NCBI GenBank assembly: GCA_043228905.1
Contig: JBHGNT010000001.1
Span: 5,952,001 to 6,016,000, forward strand
DNA length: 64,000 nucleotides
Direction of reading: 5' to 3'
From: Azolla caroliniana
Lineage: Eukaryota > Plantae > Polypodiophyta
The position numbers were made by a program, and so were the translations under genes. Of the stretch, positions 62,901 to 64,000 are shown in pieces; the stretch's first letter is position 1, and the number at the start of each line of letters is the position of its first letter. The notes under the pieces are model-generated. The model saw only the letters and a list, made by a program, of their open reading frames with translations, did not search any database and was not told where the DNA came from.

Positions 62901-64000
62901 AGAGGGCTGCCAAGGCGTGGGGCCGCGACAGTCCGGACACCCCGGGAAAACCCCACACCTGTACGATAAAACCGAAGAAACCTTGTACCATAGGTAGGGA
63001 ATTTTTGTTCTCCGACAGCGGAGCGTGTACGATAGTCGGCATCGGCGGCCGAGAGAAGACAAAGGCGGAGGGGAGACTTCGAGCGTGCGGAGTTCTCGGC
63101 CCTGACGAGGAAATCAACGGAGCCGTGGAGGCGGTCTCATTCGACGACACCTTGGGAATGCTGGGAAAGGTAGTCGAAGAAGGCCTTAGCGAAGACCGGA
63201 CGATACCGGTGTGTTCCGAGGAGATGTACGAAGTCATCGCGGATTTCGGTCGAGGGCTCGAGTCAGTTCGGACGGCCCACGTAAGCACCAAGTACAAGAC
63301 TGTGGACCGGAAGGTAAGGCCAGTCGCGGCACCCTTACCGGAGGACAGCGCGTCGAGAATCAAAGGGGTTGCATCGGACCCTAGTCTACGAGATCCGGCC
63401 TGCATAGGGCACACCTTCACCGACGAGACGCTCCGAGAGCTCAAAATAGGTGGGGGCGGGTTCCTACTGCCGGCGGAGGAAGACCGGTTTCGGAGAATGC
63501 TCGGAAGGCACGGGAAAGCCTTCGCATTCTCGCCGGAGGAAATCGGGTGCGTTGACCCGACGATCGTGGAGCCGATGGTGATATTCACGGTACCGCATGT
63601 ACCATGGAATCTCAAGCCAATCCCGGTTCCGAGAGCTCACATCCCGAAGTTGATGGAGCTGCTGAGGCAGAAAGTTGATATGGGAATTCTCGAGCCGTCG
63701 AGCGCCCCATATTCAAATCGATGGTTTACCGTACCGAAGAAAAACGGTTCGTTGCGCTTCATCCAGGACCTGCAGCCGGTCAATCGAGTGACCATTCGGA
63801 ACGCAGGGATCGGACCGACCATAGACGAGTTCGCGGAGGCCTTCGCCGGAAGGTCAATTTACTCGGTCGGGGATCTATACTCAGGGTACGACTAGTTCCA
63901 GCTAGCCGTGGAGAGCAGAGACATTACGACGATGCGAACTCCCCTCGGCCTAGTTCGGATGTGTACACTGCCGCAAGGAGGGACCAACTCGGTGGCCCAC
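62891..64000 (+). pseudogene. Pol (RT N-terminus) of the nested gypsy, -1 frame, premature stop
   Basis: Open from GGA at 62891. TKYKTVDRKVRPV, GILEPSSAPYSNRWFTVPKKNGSLRFIQDLQP, DLYSGYD*FQL (CAG to TAG at 63893), LPQGGTNS. Confidence 0.9.

Larger units (their letters stand above)
60014..64000 (+). mobile_element. Nested Ty3/gypsy element (5' part), tRNA-Trp primed
   Basis: LTR TGTCG...CGACA at 60014-60730 with TATAAAA near 60186. PBS TGGTGAACCCGACGTGA at 60734-60750. gag-protease ORF followed by RT in the -1 frame. Confidence 0.9.

Noticed and set aside
56344-63615. Long opposite-strand ORFs (e.g. 56344-57054, 61501-62343, 62839-63615)
   Set aside because: Shadow ORFs expected in GC-rich coding DNA, with no recognisable motifs.

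Overview
Gene-bearing eukaryotic land-plant DNA, most likely a fern or other seed-free plant: spliced plant genes plus a MORN3-like flagellar gene. Host genes: TMEM184/LAZ1-like (+, 8 exons), BAHD acyltransferase (-), PIG-C (-), plastid CGF/NiCoT-like membrane protein (-), cytochrome b5 (-), MORN3-like (+) and RPL13a (-). Four LTR retrotransposons are recognisable: a complete Ty1/copia (33299-38630); a complete short-LTR Ty3/gypsy with a 4-bp TSD and -1 gag/pol offset (39411-44200); a gypsy with a 981-aa accessory ORF (55554-60013, continuing beyond the window); and a Trp-primed gypsy nested in its integrase (60014 to the window end). The most unusual observation is in the 55.5-60 kb element. 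A tRNA-Arg primer-binding site follows its LTR on the + strand, while its integrase and accessory ORF read on the - strand, so a tRNA-like 3' end sits where a polypurine tract should be. Strong CCGG enrichment in unrelated elements and repeated duplications of splice junctions in the LAZ1-like gene also stand out. All coordinates were read by eye, and family and tRNA assignments come from recalled motifs, not database searches.
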